A DNA stretch of 63,934 nucleotides, filler included, from Kipferlia bialata (lineage: Eukaryota): the NCBI GenBank assembly GCA_003568945.1. It is 4 parts of 4 records of this genome, joined end to end, with 100 filler letters (N's around TTAATTAATTAA, not from the genome) between each part and the next. Parts side by side here need not be neighbours in the genome. Positions count along the whole stretch, not along the records: positions 1 to 19,170 come from BDIP01000442.1; 3 more parts are not named here. One strand, given 5' to 3'. Position 1 is the first letter of the stretch. Each line of letters begins with the position of its first letter. Both the position numbers and the translations under genes were made by a program. Positions 1 to 13,718 of the stretch are shown in pieces. The notes beneath the pieces were generated by a model. The model was not told the DNA's origin, ran no database searches, and saw nothing but the letters and a program-made list of their open reading frames with translations.

Positions 1-111
1 TTTTTTGGGGGGGGGAAAAACCCCCCCCCCCCCCCCCCCGTCTCCTCCGTTTCATTACATTCAACTATTCCATATCCCTCATGCTATTCTTATACTGGCA
101 CTGACTCCCAG

Positions 112-278
112 GGTCATGGCTGGCATGAGTGCCGCAGACAGGTGGGACACCGCCCTCACCGCTGTCACATCCCCTATGGGTCTCCCGGTCCTGATTGAGG
201 GGGAGGTGGGGACACATGTGTAAGTGTCACATATAGGGGGGCGATGAGAGTAGTGGTCAGTGTTAGTACCATGCTATG

Positions 279-310
<32 letters not shown>

Positions 311-3300
311 TTCTATGCATGCCTCCCTGCCCCTCATGCTCAGACCATGACGTGTCCCAGCGTCCAGGGCCACGACATGTCCCACATAGACGGCAGGTGC
401 ATATGTTATGATAGTGAAACTGATACTGATACTGTCCCACATAGACGGCAGGTGCATATGCTGGTGCACGTGTATTGTTAGGAGGAGAGGGAGAAGTTGG
501 CAGTGGATGTATAGGTTTTCAGATACTGATACATACATACCGCTATTTCTTGTGTCGTCTTTGTTTCTGTGTCTCTGGATAATTGGGGACTGACCCCCAG
601 GACTGTGCTCCAGTGTGTTGCAGTCCTGTTCCAGGCATATAGTGACGTCGAGACACCCACGTACGATACTGATATATAGAGATTACTTGCAGCAGTGGTT
701 ACAACCTTTCTTTTTGTGATTCTTCAATCCTGATCCTTCCATCTTCACATATTCACGACTCATATCCCTTGCAGTTTGTGGTGGATATCGTGACACAACA
801 ATGTGTAGACCTCGTTTCTTTCTATTGTGTGATATACAAGTGATGTACACATGTGTCCGATACTCTCCAGCACTTGCATACTAATTCCCAGGATGGCTAT
901 TCGGACTGTGGGCGAGTCTTTACGGAAGCGAGTCATTATCTCCGGCAGAGTGGCTGGGTATGTACCTCTTGTAGCCACAGCTATATATATATATATATAT
1001 ATATATGTATACAAGTATCTTGACAAAGATTCACCTATATATATATACACACAATGATGCCCATACGGCCCCAATGATCTATAACTATAGATGGAGAAGA
1101 ATCGTGACAAACTGTATATCATATGGCATGTATATCATAACTATGTATATAGTAATGGGGCTTGTATTATTACCATCTATTCCCTACTATGCGTGATATT
1201 TTACTTCAGTATATAGTTGTGAGAATATCCCTGGCGTAATTCATTTCCTACTATTTGTTTCCTCTGATATGTGTCTTTCACCCCCCTTCTCACTCTAGGT
1301 ATGAGGCCCTGGCCGGAGAGGTGCTACGCTGGGCCAAGGGCAGGTATGGTACCCAGGCTGATGGTGATATATGTGTACTATATATGTGTTACAATGATCC
1401 GAGGGCAGCATTGAATGGCGCTGACACTACTGTTTCTTTCCGCGTTACTGTCACTGTTTTACATCTGTGTTTGTATACCCTCGTAGTGTGTTGATCACTC
1501 CATGCTTATGGCAGGATCAGAACCATCTCTGTCATGGCGTCCTCTCTGCCCGTGACGTCTAGCCGCAAGGCCCAGCCGGTGTCCGTTGCTACCCTCCACC
1601 AGCACGCCAGGTGTGTATATTGATATATTCATTTGTTGATTACCATGCAGGTATATGTATAGGTTTGGATACCAAGGGCAACGTCTATGTAGGCAGGATG
1701 TTCATATGAGTGACTGGATATGTGTGTTGTTCTTGGTCCACAGAAGCAGTTGCTATCTGGTAGTTTTGATTGTACTGGTGTGTTAGTGTCCTGTTGTGTA
1801 TATATAGTTCTACGGTAGCTTGTATTATACTGTCTGTGGTATATGCATGGTTGTGTGACGTCAGGATGTACCACACCCACCACACCCGTGACATGCATGA
1901 CACCTATGCCAAGGTCACAGCCTCGGCACTGCAGAGGGCAGACGCAGACTTTCTCGAAAGGTGGGGCATGTATTGATTAACTTAAGTATACATACACTAG
2001 GTATCAGTGATGTTCGAGGTGTAACAATTCTTGTTCTTCTGAAATCGAACTCGTCAGTGCACCATATGTGGGTGTTGGCAGATTTGAGGATCCGATCAAA
2101 ACACTTATTACTCGATACATATATTCATTGGTGATACCTTCTGGTCTGTGTTATATACAGTATATCTTACCATCAGGGCTCTGAGCAATGGGAAGTTCGT
2201 AGCACCAAGAGGTCTTGGTACGTCATTTTTGCAAGCATGTCACATACCTGAATGGTACACTATGTTCGTCTGATATATATTTGGTATCATCAAAGACATC
2301 TATACATACATACATAGCTTGGTGATGATAGGAGGTCGCGGAATTAACGTACTATGTCCATGATTCACTATCACTGTCATAGTATATGTAAACCTCTGAA
2401 TTCCACCTTGCTTCTGACGTGTAGGATTCGACGATCTGGTCGAGGGGATCTGTGAAGTCAGGTAAGAGGAGTGAAGGGTAGTGGGGAGATTTGGACATGT
2501 TCACTCTTCATGCAATGTGTGCTGTACTCAATACGGGTATTGGTAGTAGTGCAAGGTCTCATGGGATTGAATTTTTCGACTGGCGTCAAATGTACCGTCT
2601 TAGATTGGATTTAGTATATTGACTTCTGACACATGATTCTGACTCCAGTCAATATGCACAGGAGTATGGCGACGGCATTGCCCAGGCCTATGGCACACAC
2701 ATCAGCCAGGCCATCATATCCATGGTCATAGGTGGGTCAGTATAGCCATGGTGTATATACTGGTATCATACCATAATGATACTGATACTGATACCATCAT
2801 ATCCATGGTCATAGGTGGGTGTCATCATAGGCATGGTGTAATATGAGATATGGTCTAGTATGTGTCAAGTACTGTGTCATATCCATGGTCATGGGTGGGG
2901 GTACCCCATGTCGCATGACATATTATTATTGTACAGTATTATTCACCGAGTTGCGTCCCTAGCCTTCTGTCTCATCAATGTCTCATCAATGTCTCATCAA
3001 TGTCTCATCAATGTCTCATCAATGTCTCATCAATGTCTCATCAATGTCTCATCAATGTCTCATCAATGTCTCATCAAAGGTGCCCTGGGCGCTGAGACCT
3101 CCCGTTTCATCACGGGCTCTGTTCCCTTTCTGAGCAACATGTCCAGCTCACTCGCCAAGACAGTCCCTGCAGGGGTCCTAGGTACCTCCCCATTGGTATT
3201 AGAGACAGAGCATCACGCTCATCGTGTGTATAGTGAGAATATTTGGGTTCTGCTTTCGCATCGTGTGTTACTAATGGCCCACCAATGTCTAATGCTGAGT

Positions 3301-6300
3301 CTGATGTATAACAATTTCCGATTGTGTCTGAAATCGAATCAGAGTGTAGGCTAATACCAGGCCTACTTGCGGTAGAGAAGAGTGTGTTCCGATTCGGACA
3401 CGACTATGCCAGGTACGCCTAGGCCACTCCACCTCTACACGTATATATATATATATCCTTATTGTGTATATGTCATTACTCCTGTGACATGATACACACA
3501 TGACGCATGTGCTTCCGTGTACTTATCCTAGGTACCAGTTCATGCTGCGGGTGCTCCAGAGCCTTGGGTCCCACCTGTCGCAGACAGGGTTCGACGCCTC
3601 CCCCTTCACAGACCCAGGTATCAAGTGTGGCGTCACACACGGTGTAGATATTACCAATATTCTTCCGTAATAGGACAGGTATACTGCAATGCTGTCCATT
3701 TCTTGGTGTATATTTACTCACATACTGCCCACACCCCGATATCTGATACATCTAGGCTCCCGCCCTTCGTCTCTGGTCTCTCTGTGGCAGGCCCTGCCAA
3801 TGAGTGCAGACCAGCTCGACAGCGCCCTCTTGGACCAGGCATATATATACATATATATATACATATATATATACATATATATAAATATATATGCATATAT
3901 ATCGGTATCTGTATCTGTATCAGTATCATCAGTATCAGTATCATCGTTGTGGATACATACTGTGTCTCTCATCTATGTGGGGCAATGAGTATGTGGTATC
4001 TGACTCGATGACGTGATGTATGCATGTAGAGTTTTCTTTTCCGATGAAGCGATGGAGTATCAGACTTGTGCTGTATATGACCTCTTTGTTTGATATCAGG
4101 TCTGTGTGACCCGGGCTGTATCTTTGGCCCTCTGTGTCTTTGCAGCATCCGTCCAGACACTGACAGGGCGGTTCGCAGGTTTGTATCCCATTATTATGGA
4201 GATCAAGTCAGTCGTTGGTCCTGAGGTGTCAATGTATTGGCGCTGTATCACATACAATGCTTTTACCCCAGGTGCCATCGATCCCTTGACCTCACCGGAG
4301 ATAGCTCCAGAGGCCCAGCTAACCGTCCTTCGAAGCCTTGAGAGAGAGGTTCCCGGAATGCAAGGTATGGGGTAGAGCGTAGACTGATTCCTTTGTTACT
4401 GTCATTGTGCCTGCATTTTTCTCTAGGATCTCTCACTGATATCCAGAGACCCACGCTCGCCTGAGGGATATTGAGAGCCTGTTGGAGGAGTTTGGTACGT
4501 TTTCTCGGATTAATGTGATGTTTCCCTTATTGTATATGTCAGTGATCTGATCCTATATGTCTATGTATTGGGTCTGAATGAGTGTGTAATATGAGTATCA
4601 TATATCCTATATACACTGCAATTATGATCATTGTGGATGGATACGTGTCTGACGGGATGCCGATACCGATAACCCCAGGTGTTCACACAGCTGAGGTGGT
4701 CGACCCCGACGCCAAGGAGCTCCATACCCTGCTCACCGATTACAGGTGTGTATGTATCTCGTCCTTGGGATATTGTTTATACTTGAATGTAGCATTTTTG
4801 CATTTATATCCGTTTGTCACTTTACTATGGTGTCTTTGTCCTCAAAATTGGTATTCACATATTCGTTAGGGGTTATAATGAGAACGTCATAGTAAGATGT
4901 GACATTGACTTGTTATATCTTGCCGATGACGTTTCTCATCCCAGGGAGTTCTTGGCTAAGAGGCAGGGGGAGCTGAATGCTGATATGGCAGGTACGATAT
5001 TATCTTGTGTATTCCTTAATGGGCTGTTCCCACAGTTCTGTGTATCCTCATTGAATCTTACAGTAATTGTTTCTCCCAGCTATGGTGAGTAATCATTGAC
5101 ACAGGCCGGTCCCCTGACGCTGTGTTGGCTGACTATCTCTCTGTGGCCCGTGCTCTGGACGATGTGATGCAGCAGGTGTGTACAGCTTGTGTTTGAATTC
5201 CATTTGTATACTGTATATGTATGTAAAAGTATGAATAGTGTAATACCATGTGTTAGCTATATACACAGTGTACACGTGATGACACCCTTGTATCTTACTA
5301 ATGTTCACACATGGTATTCTGACGGCCAGGCACTGGATGACTACATTGACATTCAAACAAGGGCCAGAAAAGGCGCTAGGCCGGACCAGGCTGAGAAGGG
5401 ATCCAGGGATGGTCCCGGGAAGGGGCGCTATTCTGTTGGTGAGCAGGACAGTGAAGATGAGTATTCCTCAGAGGGGAGCGCCAGCGACTTTGCTGTCGAT
5501 GAGCCGGTGTCCTCTGCAGCTGTATCCTCCGTGATGTCTCCCACCCTGGTGTCCGGTGAACCCTCCGGTGAGTCTTACAGTTTTGGCAGTTCAACAATAC
5601 AACATCATTAACACACAGGTCTATTTGCTGACGGGTTCTCTCTGGAGGAGCTCAAGTCCCTGCAGCTTCGAGATCCCCAGAGGTTGGACGAGGCAATCAC
5701 TCTAGGTATCGGAACATATCTGTATTAGCATATGTTTATAGTCTATGCGTAATGGGTCATTATGTCTCATTAGTCTATGCGTCACTGATGTCCAGATGAG
5801 TGGCAGCTGGCCCGGTCCATGGCCCTAGTGCAGGTGCACAATGCCACCAAGCGGGACAGACTCAGTGCCGTGGCCAGCCTGGAGGCCATGGAGACAGTGC
5901 TCCGCAAGAGATCCATTTACGTATCCATATCCAGGTATTGTCGTTTTAGGGTGCCACCATAGCAACTGTCTGATTCTAACCCCCAGTGAGTCTCTCGCTA
6001 CCCGGTATGCCCTGCTCGACAACTTGGTCACAGAGCTGGCGCAGTCCCTGCAAGGCAAGGCCGGTTCTGTGCAGGAGTGCGCAGACCAAGTGTCTGAGGC
6101 AACGTCTGCTCTTGAGGCCTTTGCCTCTGTACTCCAAGGTGGGATCATACTGATGTTACTGTTATGTTCTAACCGTTCTGATACACGTTCTCCTAACACA
6201 GATGCACGGGACAGAGTCGTTAATGCGTCACACACTCCACAGTCAGCCGAAGAGTTGCAGACAGGTTAGTGTGATTGGTGAAGGGTTGTGTCTGATAGAG

Positions 6301-9300
6301 GGAATATTCTCGTGTATCTCATAGATCGACGAAGACATGTCTCACCTTAGGGCTGTCTGATCTGTTAGACGTCCGGGAGGATCTGTTGGCCAATGTTGCA
6401 GGTAGGCAGACTTGATTGATGTCTGTTTCGTGGCTCCGACTATCATCCTCTGACCCAGATATGCAGCGAGTTGTTGACAGTCTCTCTTCCCTGGTTGCGC
6501 TTCCCCTGTCCACCACCACATTGGAGCTGTTGAGGTATGAGTCATTAATGTATGTACGGCTGTGTTCAAGAGAGTCACCCTACTTACTGACGCTGTCATA
6601 TGACCCACATTTATATATAATGGAGTTCCAGAGAGCACTGACGTCAGACGGGCCCTCTCCAAGGTGAAGGGACGGTGGGACCGTCTGTTTGAGTATGCAG
6701 ACTCTGCCTCTCTGAAGAGGGATGCTGTCATGGCAGGTCAGTGACTGGTATTTGTTATGTATCATTCAGTATATTCCTAACACAGGTGTTGCTCAGGTCG
6801 CTGAGTGGGTAGAGTTTGTGGAGGGCACTCTGCCTGGACTAGAGGTGTGTGACTTTGATTAGGGATAAGTAATTAAGATAGTTGAGATATTATATACAAG
6901 TTAATTGTATTGACATGTATCATTAATGACCAGGACTGGGTGAACCAGACACGGAAGGAGGTTCCTTTGGTTAAGGGTGAGTTATGTCTCATTCATATGT
7001 GTCTGTCGGGTTATTCACTGAATCTAATGACACAGGAACGAACGCTCCTGTCCATCTGCACAATATTGACACCGAGCTGTCTAGGAGATACTCCACTGTG
7101 TACCGACTCGGAGCTGTCAGTAGAATCATCACTGAGAGCTTAGAGAGGTGGGTGTTTGTACTGTGTATTTGACACACTCTTCGTCGTTGTACTAATTGCC
7201 GATTGCCTCTTAACTCCCAGGACAGAGGCTGATCCAGAGCTGCGTAATGGTATCTCACTCCTTAACGGGGACGGTGGAATTGTCATTGACGAAATCAGGT
7301 AGTGGATCTCTTATGGTCATTCTCATCTATATGTCCCTCCCTCATCCTATTCTGGTTACATATATGCTCTCTGATGACCAGACCCACTGTCGCAGAGTTT
7401 GAGCGGTCGTGGCAGGCTCTGAGGACCGAGTTGGCAGACTCCATGGGGAGTAGAGTGGACACCCACCCTAGAGGGGGGCGGGGTGGTACCGACGGGGCAG
7501 TATCAGTATCAGGCGTGGATGGCCTGGAGGATGGACGCTATCTCCGGCGTCTCTTGGAACTCATGTGCAGCAACAGTCACAGCACTATTACCGAAACAGC
7601 AGGTCAGTACCTATGTATATGTGTGTATTAGTATGTCATCAGATACACACACTGACTCTGTGTCTTACAGTCAGGGCTGCTTCATGCATTGGTTACCGGC
7701 GAGACAGATGACAGTTCGGATACTACTCTACAGTCGCTTGCACTACGAGAGTTTCCAGCGGTCTTCCATATTCTGCGCCTCATCCAATCCATCCGGATAG
7801 GGACCGGTCTTGACTCGCACTCCCCCGACATTGATAGAGTTGGGTTGGTGGCCAAGCAAGAACTCGACTACAGGGGGGAGAAGGAGATTCAGACCATATC
7901 TGAGGCGTCTTCTACCGCTAGACAGGAGCTGCTTGCACAAGTTCCGCTGTTGACTGATATGCTCCGTCCGGAATCCCCTGCGATAGGACGATTGGAGAGT
8001 CTAGTGGCCCGGGAGGCACCTCTCGACCCATCGGCACAGGACGTGTCAGACGCTCTCAGTCCCGATGCGATAGCCAGTCGGTATGAGGGGTTGAGATCTG
8101 CACTCTCTCAGACTGTTGGGAACCTGGTGACTGAGACACGGGCATTCATGGATCAGCGGAGACAGAAGACATGTGCCCAGGTATCCTCAGTTCTTTTGTA
8201 TGAGTTAGTGAGCTATTTTGTAATCGCATATACATTTACCCCAGGAACTGTTCTCCCGGCTGCAGTGCATGTGTGTGGAACTTGCAGGTAATGAAGCGTT
8301 GTCCTTGTGTGGACTATTGAGTGTGTGTAGTCATTGCATCCAGTAACTGTGTCACATTCGCACTCACAATTAGACTCTCTCTGTGTCCCTGTCCCCCCTA
8401 TGCGGACTGCAGATGATGTTGCTGCAGAGAAGGACAGGGCCGAGACCTTGACTGAGCAGTACGAGTCTGTATGCGCTTTGCGAGACGAGTTACTGCAGTA
8501 CAAGACTCCAACTGAGAAGGATGCCGGCGACGATGAGGAGTTTGGTGAGTCCAGCAGCCAGGGTAGCGATGAGTATGAGGTGATGGGTCAGTTTGTGGAC
8601 AATTGCCTGCAGGTCCTGGAGGGACTTCGTGATTTCCATGCCCACACTCTCTCTACAGGAGAGACTGTCACACATGAGAAGGCCAGGTTGTATATATTCT
8701 CCATATTTCAATTGTTATTTCAGTTTCATTACTCAGTACCAATCTCTGTGTTAATGAGTGTTCGCTCTATATTCACTTCAGGTTAGCCGAGCGTCAGTTT
8801 GAGTTGTTCTCCCTAGTCAAGGACGTTCTGCAGATAGGTGGGAGGCGTATGCCAGTTGTGATATATATGAATACCTGTGTCAATATCTGTTGCTACTGTA
8901 GTGTGAGGTTATGACTAGTCTAGTACTGACCCAGGGGAGTCCGTTGTCTCTCAGGCGGGGCTTGTGGAGAGTTCAAGCGACGTTTCCAGCACAGTAAGCG
9001 ACGCATCCCACATGGCCAGTCTGATTCCACTTTTGAGTGGCATTCTTACTGATTTGAGGCAGCTACACTCCCCCACTATACAGGGTGAGGGATAGTAAGC
9101 ATTCTATTCTATTCTTTATCCCGTCAACCCCAATATCAGGGAGCCGTTTGGTAGGGTCAGTGCGAGTTCCTGCACTGACGCATGTGGTGGGTTCCACAAC
9201 AGTCCCAGGCGCCAAGGGCGGCGACTCTAGTATCGGGCTGGCTGAACAACTCATGGTAATCGAGCCCAGGTGAGTTAATGGTATATTATATGGTGGTATA

Positions 9301-10663
9301 TTTAGGATACGTTTTCCCAAGCTTCAGTCTAATATCAGCAAGGCGGTACCAGTGGACGAGTTGGATGCTTTGGCGGAGAGAGTCACACGGTTGAGTCGTG
9401 CGATTCCACCAGCACTCGAGTCTCTATCTAGCAGACGCTCCCTTGCCACCGGAGAACTACGCTTACTGGCGAGGTGAGGTTATGTGGCAATGGTACTGTC
9501 GTACTATTCAGGACTTGATGGTACTGTTCGGCATTACTGCACCATCTGACTTTCAGGTGTGACGACAGCCAGCACCTGATAGAGTCCGCCAACAGGTAAC
9601 ATGCCGCCCTATTGTTAGAGCAGTAGTGTATGTAGCATAATTACCCCCAGGTTACTTGATGACCCTCTCATGTCTGTTCCCGAGGTCCTGGATGTGCAGA
9701 GAGGTATCACCGGCTTATTCTGGGGAGATGCGATATTTGTGTGACTCTTTACCATCACTGTTTGGATACCCTTACCCAGGAGTTGACATTGGCAGTCTCT
9801 TCGGCCCCCCAACAGCAGTGCCGGACTCGAGTGGCGTCCCCCATGGAGGAGGTGTGCGAGACAGTCTGTTGGACAGACACCCCCTGGAGCCTGAGCTCTC
9901 AGCGATATCTCGTTCCCAAGCACTTGGTGAGTGGGATGCATACAAGCTGTCTCTTTGGCGGTCTTCTCATTTCAGGCATCCTGACCGATCTCAAGAGCAG
10001 CAGGGAGTTGTGCATGTACCTTCCAGGTAACACACGATGTCCTATACATATATCTCAGCACTTCCCACCATGTATGAGACCTCACACAGGTGTGGAGGCG
10101 GTGCTGCGGTACCAGTCGGATCACCTGACCAACTGGCACCAGACGCTAAGGTATCTATGTACATGAATGTGGTGTTGTCTCGTCGGTGATTCTCACCACT
10201 AGGGCATCCGTCGGCTCCGTCATTCGTGCCATCGAAGAACACTTAGGTTCGATGTAGTTGCATTGTTTGTCTTTCATCGCAACATATTGAAGATGAGAGA
10301 CGGCCTTACCTCAGAAATTCGCCGCCGTTCTCGGATCTCTGGGGAAGATTATGGCTCCAGCACCGACAGTGTTACAAAGGAGACTGAGACAGAGCAGACT
10401 CTGATTCTCAAACTCACTCAGCTGAAGGACACCAGATCTTCAGCTGCTGAGCGTGTGAATATGAGCCGTCAGGACTGCGCTGTTTCCCTGAAGGTGGGCA
10501 TTTGAGGTGGATATATTATGATTGTGTTTGACGCGTATAAAGATTTGGGATACTCACTGAACAGGGTCTTCGTGGGGCCGCTGCCGCAGCCAATGACTAT
10601 GACACCGAAGCTGCAGAGCTTAAGCGTCTACTGGATGACATGGCGACCTCGGTTCAGACAGAG
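112..10663 (+). CDS. Large multi-exon hypothetical protein (dozens of exons, helical/coiled-coil rich), incomplete at both ends
   Basis: Phase-consistent exon chain with GT donors and YTNAY..YAG acceptors: VMAGMSAADRWDTALTAVTSPMGLPVLIEGE (112-204), TMTCPSVQGHDMSHIDG, TVLQCVAVLFQAYSDVETP, MAIRTVGESLRKRVIISG, YEALAGEVLRWAKG ... through to MATSVQTE|gt at 10663. I checked phases by hand only for the first ~15 exons. No family motif recognised. Confidence 0.75.
2968..3077 (+). repeat. Minisatellite (TGTCTCATCAA)x10 at the 3' end of an intron
   Basis: Ten perfect 11-nt units ending immediately before the acceptor AG at 3078-3079. Confidence 0.95.
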
Positions 10664-10682
10664 GTATTGTCATTAGTTGTAT

Positions 10683-10759
10683 CCCCCCCCCCCCCCCCCC
10701 CACCCCCCCCCCCCCCCCCCCCCCCCTCCCCCTCTCCCCCCCCCCCCCCCCCCCCCCCC
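10683..10759 (+). repeat. Poly-C tract, probable assembly junction
   Basis: ~75-nt near-homopolymer. The upstream exon ends in phase 0 but the next exon reads best in phase 1. Confidence 0.7.
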
Positions 10760-10887
10760 TCTCTCCCGTTCTCTCTCTTAACTCGAGGTGCCACTTACCA
10801 CACCGAGTTCACACATGTCTCTCTGTATACTTTCCTCTATGTGTCTATAAGTATGTACTGTATACAGATCTTAATCTTAATTTCTAG

Positions 10888-10995
10888 GTGTCACCTGCCA
10901 CACCGAGTTCAGTCCCCCACCCACTATGTACACCCCCACCCCCACTGTGTACATCAAGTACAAGAACAGCCTGGTCCTCATAAACGCAGCCCAAG
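10888..10995 (+). CDS. Isolated exon (VTCHTEFSPPPTMYTPTPTVYIKYKNSLVLINAAQ), probably from the 3' part of a different gene
   Basis: Acceptor tttctag at 10887 and donor gtat at 10996. C-ending codon bias in the phase-1 frame. A 5' echo lies at ~10789. Confidence 0.45.
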
Positions 10996-13374
10996 GTATA
11001 TCTATATGTGCATTGTGAATGTGAGACTGCTAGATTCTCATGAATGATAATTGTGTTTTTTATCTATCTATTCAACTTAATCCATGGTTGACCAGGCAAG
11101 GCTGGGCCTCTCTCTCCACATCTTCCTCTGTCTGTCTCTCTCGACATATATTAATTGTTTACATATAGTAAACATAATACACCTAACAACTAACCGTAGC
11201 TCTGACCAGGCCTGAGTAAAAGCGGATGAAAGAGGAGGTCTCTCTATCTAGCGGTATCGACACTGAGAGAGAGAGAGAGAGAGAGAGCGTGTGTGTGTGT
11301 CTTCCTGCCAAAGTGTGTCTATGGGTGTCGTTTGATTGTTGTTGGTGTGTGACTCTGTGTATTGGACAGAGATGGACACACAGGGAGAGATGGGGAGAGA
11401 GGTATTCTCCCAATCTGTGATAGGTCAGAGGGTGTTTGCGTGTGTGAGAGAGCGTGTTTAAGAGAGATAGTATGTAGTGGGTAGAGTGTGACTGTGTGTA
11501 ATAGACCTGTGTATGTGTGACATGTACCGCACCCTTTTACCAAAAACACCTTTGATGCTGTAGTGTACTGTAAACCGTCTTTCAGGCTAGTCACGGAGCA
11601 AAGGTGAGCATTTGCCGCTGATATTGTCTCTTACTATTCGATATGGATTGCAGTCTGTGTGTATCGGTGTAATCTGCCCTGCAATTTGTGTGATATGCCA
11701 GAATTGGAACTGCCGGGTATGTGGTTAGTTGAGATTGAGTTGCGCTGGCATATGAGTGCTATGGATAGTCCTACCTGGTAGATACACTGCGTATGTATAG
11801 TTAGTACATATACTTGGGCAGGAGTGCATGTCGGGCGTATGTAATGGGAATTGTAGCCAAATGCCGCAAAGTGCCCTCCTAAATGGTTGTTGATGTATAT
11901 GCCTATACAAATGTGTCATGTCCATCGCCGCTATGGGCGGTATACTACATGTATATAGAGAGTGTATATACTGGGATATGGGCGTGTTTCAGGCGGGTTG
12001 CCTTTGGGTCAATCCAACTCAGCAATCTCACCCTATCTCACCCCTAAATAGCACTACTCACATGCTACACCTCTCTCTCACTGCAGACATCCTTCATAAG
12101 AGTGGTATGTACTCATATCTAACTCACACACAGCTCCCCCCACCTCTATTCGGAAGTATATCTTTCGCGTATGTAATGACTCTAACTTCTACGTAAAGCC
12201 CATGACCCAACACACCCACTGCCTGTCTCCCTCTCTCTACCTCTCGAGCTGACACTTTCCCTAGGGTATCCCTTCCACTACATACCCCATATTCAATCTC
12301 ACCCCCACAGGTGTCGTCCCCCTCGTCTCTCTCTCTCTCTGTGCTCACTATAGAGTCTCGCCTACTCTCACTGATACTCCTGTGTTCTCACCTATATCGA
12401 CCTTTGACCCTGTCTCTGTCTGTCTCCGTCTGACCCCTCAGCTACCCATATATACCCTACCTCTCTCTATGACTATGTATACATTCACTCTATACATTCA
12501 CACACACTATACATACATACATATATATATATATATATTACACCCCATCTTAACCCTACCTCTCTCTATAAGACTCTGTCTCCCTGTCTGACCCCACATA
12601 TTCATCCCAATATACCCAATGTCCCTCTCTCTACACCCTCATGACAGAGAGACACTCTAATACACCCAAGTATAGTTTCCCTCTATCTGCTGTGAGAGTG
12701 GCACTATTCTCTCTAGATACACCCTTATATCAGAGACCCACAAACTCCTTTGTGCACTCTTTACACACTCTCTCTATCTTCACTCTGCACCCGTATGTCA
12801 GAACTCAAAGGTGTACCTTCACTATCTGCACTGCGCTCTTAGTGTATGTACATATTTTATATATAGATTTGTGTGTATATGTATGTATATAGAGGTCTAT
12901 ATACGTCACAGTACTCCCCAGCAGGTGCTAGGGTGTGTGATCATAGTAGTGAATACATTACCGACTAGATACATGCTACTACAATAGTTCCTACTGGGGG
13001 TCCGCATCCATGTCTCTCTCCCCCCCCCTCTCTCCCTCTCTCCCTCTCTCCCGTACTATTAGTTGTGTGTACACTGTACACATAGTATATATACTATAGA
13101 TACATATATATATATATATATACATACACACACATATATATATATACCTTAGGCCTCCACCGTATGTGGGGGGGCCCTGTTCTCTCTCACAATATATACA
13201 CTATGTCTATATACTGTATATATGTATATAGTATATACATATACATATATACAACTATACATACTATATTGTGTATACTGTATGTATATACCTTACTCTC
13301 TCTCACCCTCTCTGTCCCTCACCCATCAGGGAGTGATCATACACTGCTTGTATCCGCCATACACCCACTGTAAT

Positions 13375-13407
<33 letters not shown>

Positions 13408-13718
13408 AATATGTGTGAATGTGCTATATATATATGTGTGTATGTACCATCTGACGTATATAGAGACATGCCCATACTCCTCTCTGCCTCTCACTCCACA
13501 AGGTGCAATCATCATATATATGTGTGTTTACTCTCACTCTACTTCACTGTATATACGGTACAGGGCCCCTACCTCTCTCTCACACACCCCACAAGGTCAA
13601 ACATGATCTACCACTAGGCATGCATACTCTGAGTATTCTATATATGACATCCATCATGTGATTTTGTGATATATATATATATATGTATATACATATGTAT
13701 ATACAATGTCTCACACTA

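Noticed and set aside
11080..13700. Possible additional exons (minus strand 11080-11640; plus strand from 12062)
   Set aside because: Splice-like signals exist, but I could not assemble a phase-consistent chain, so the region is left unannotated.
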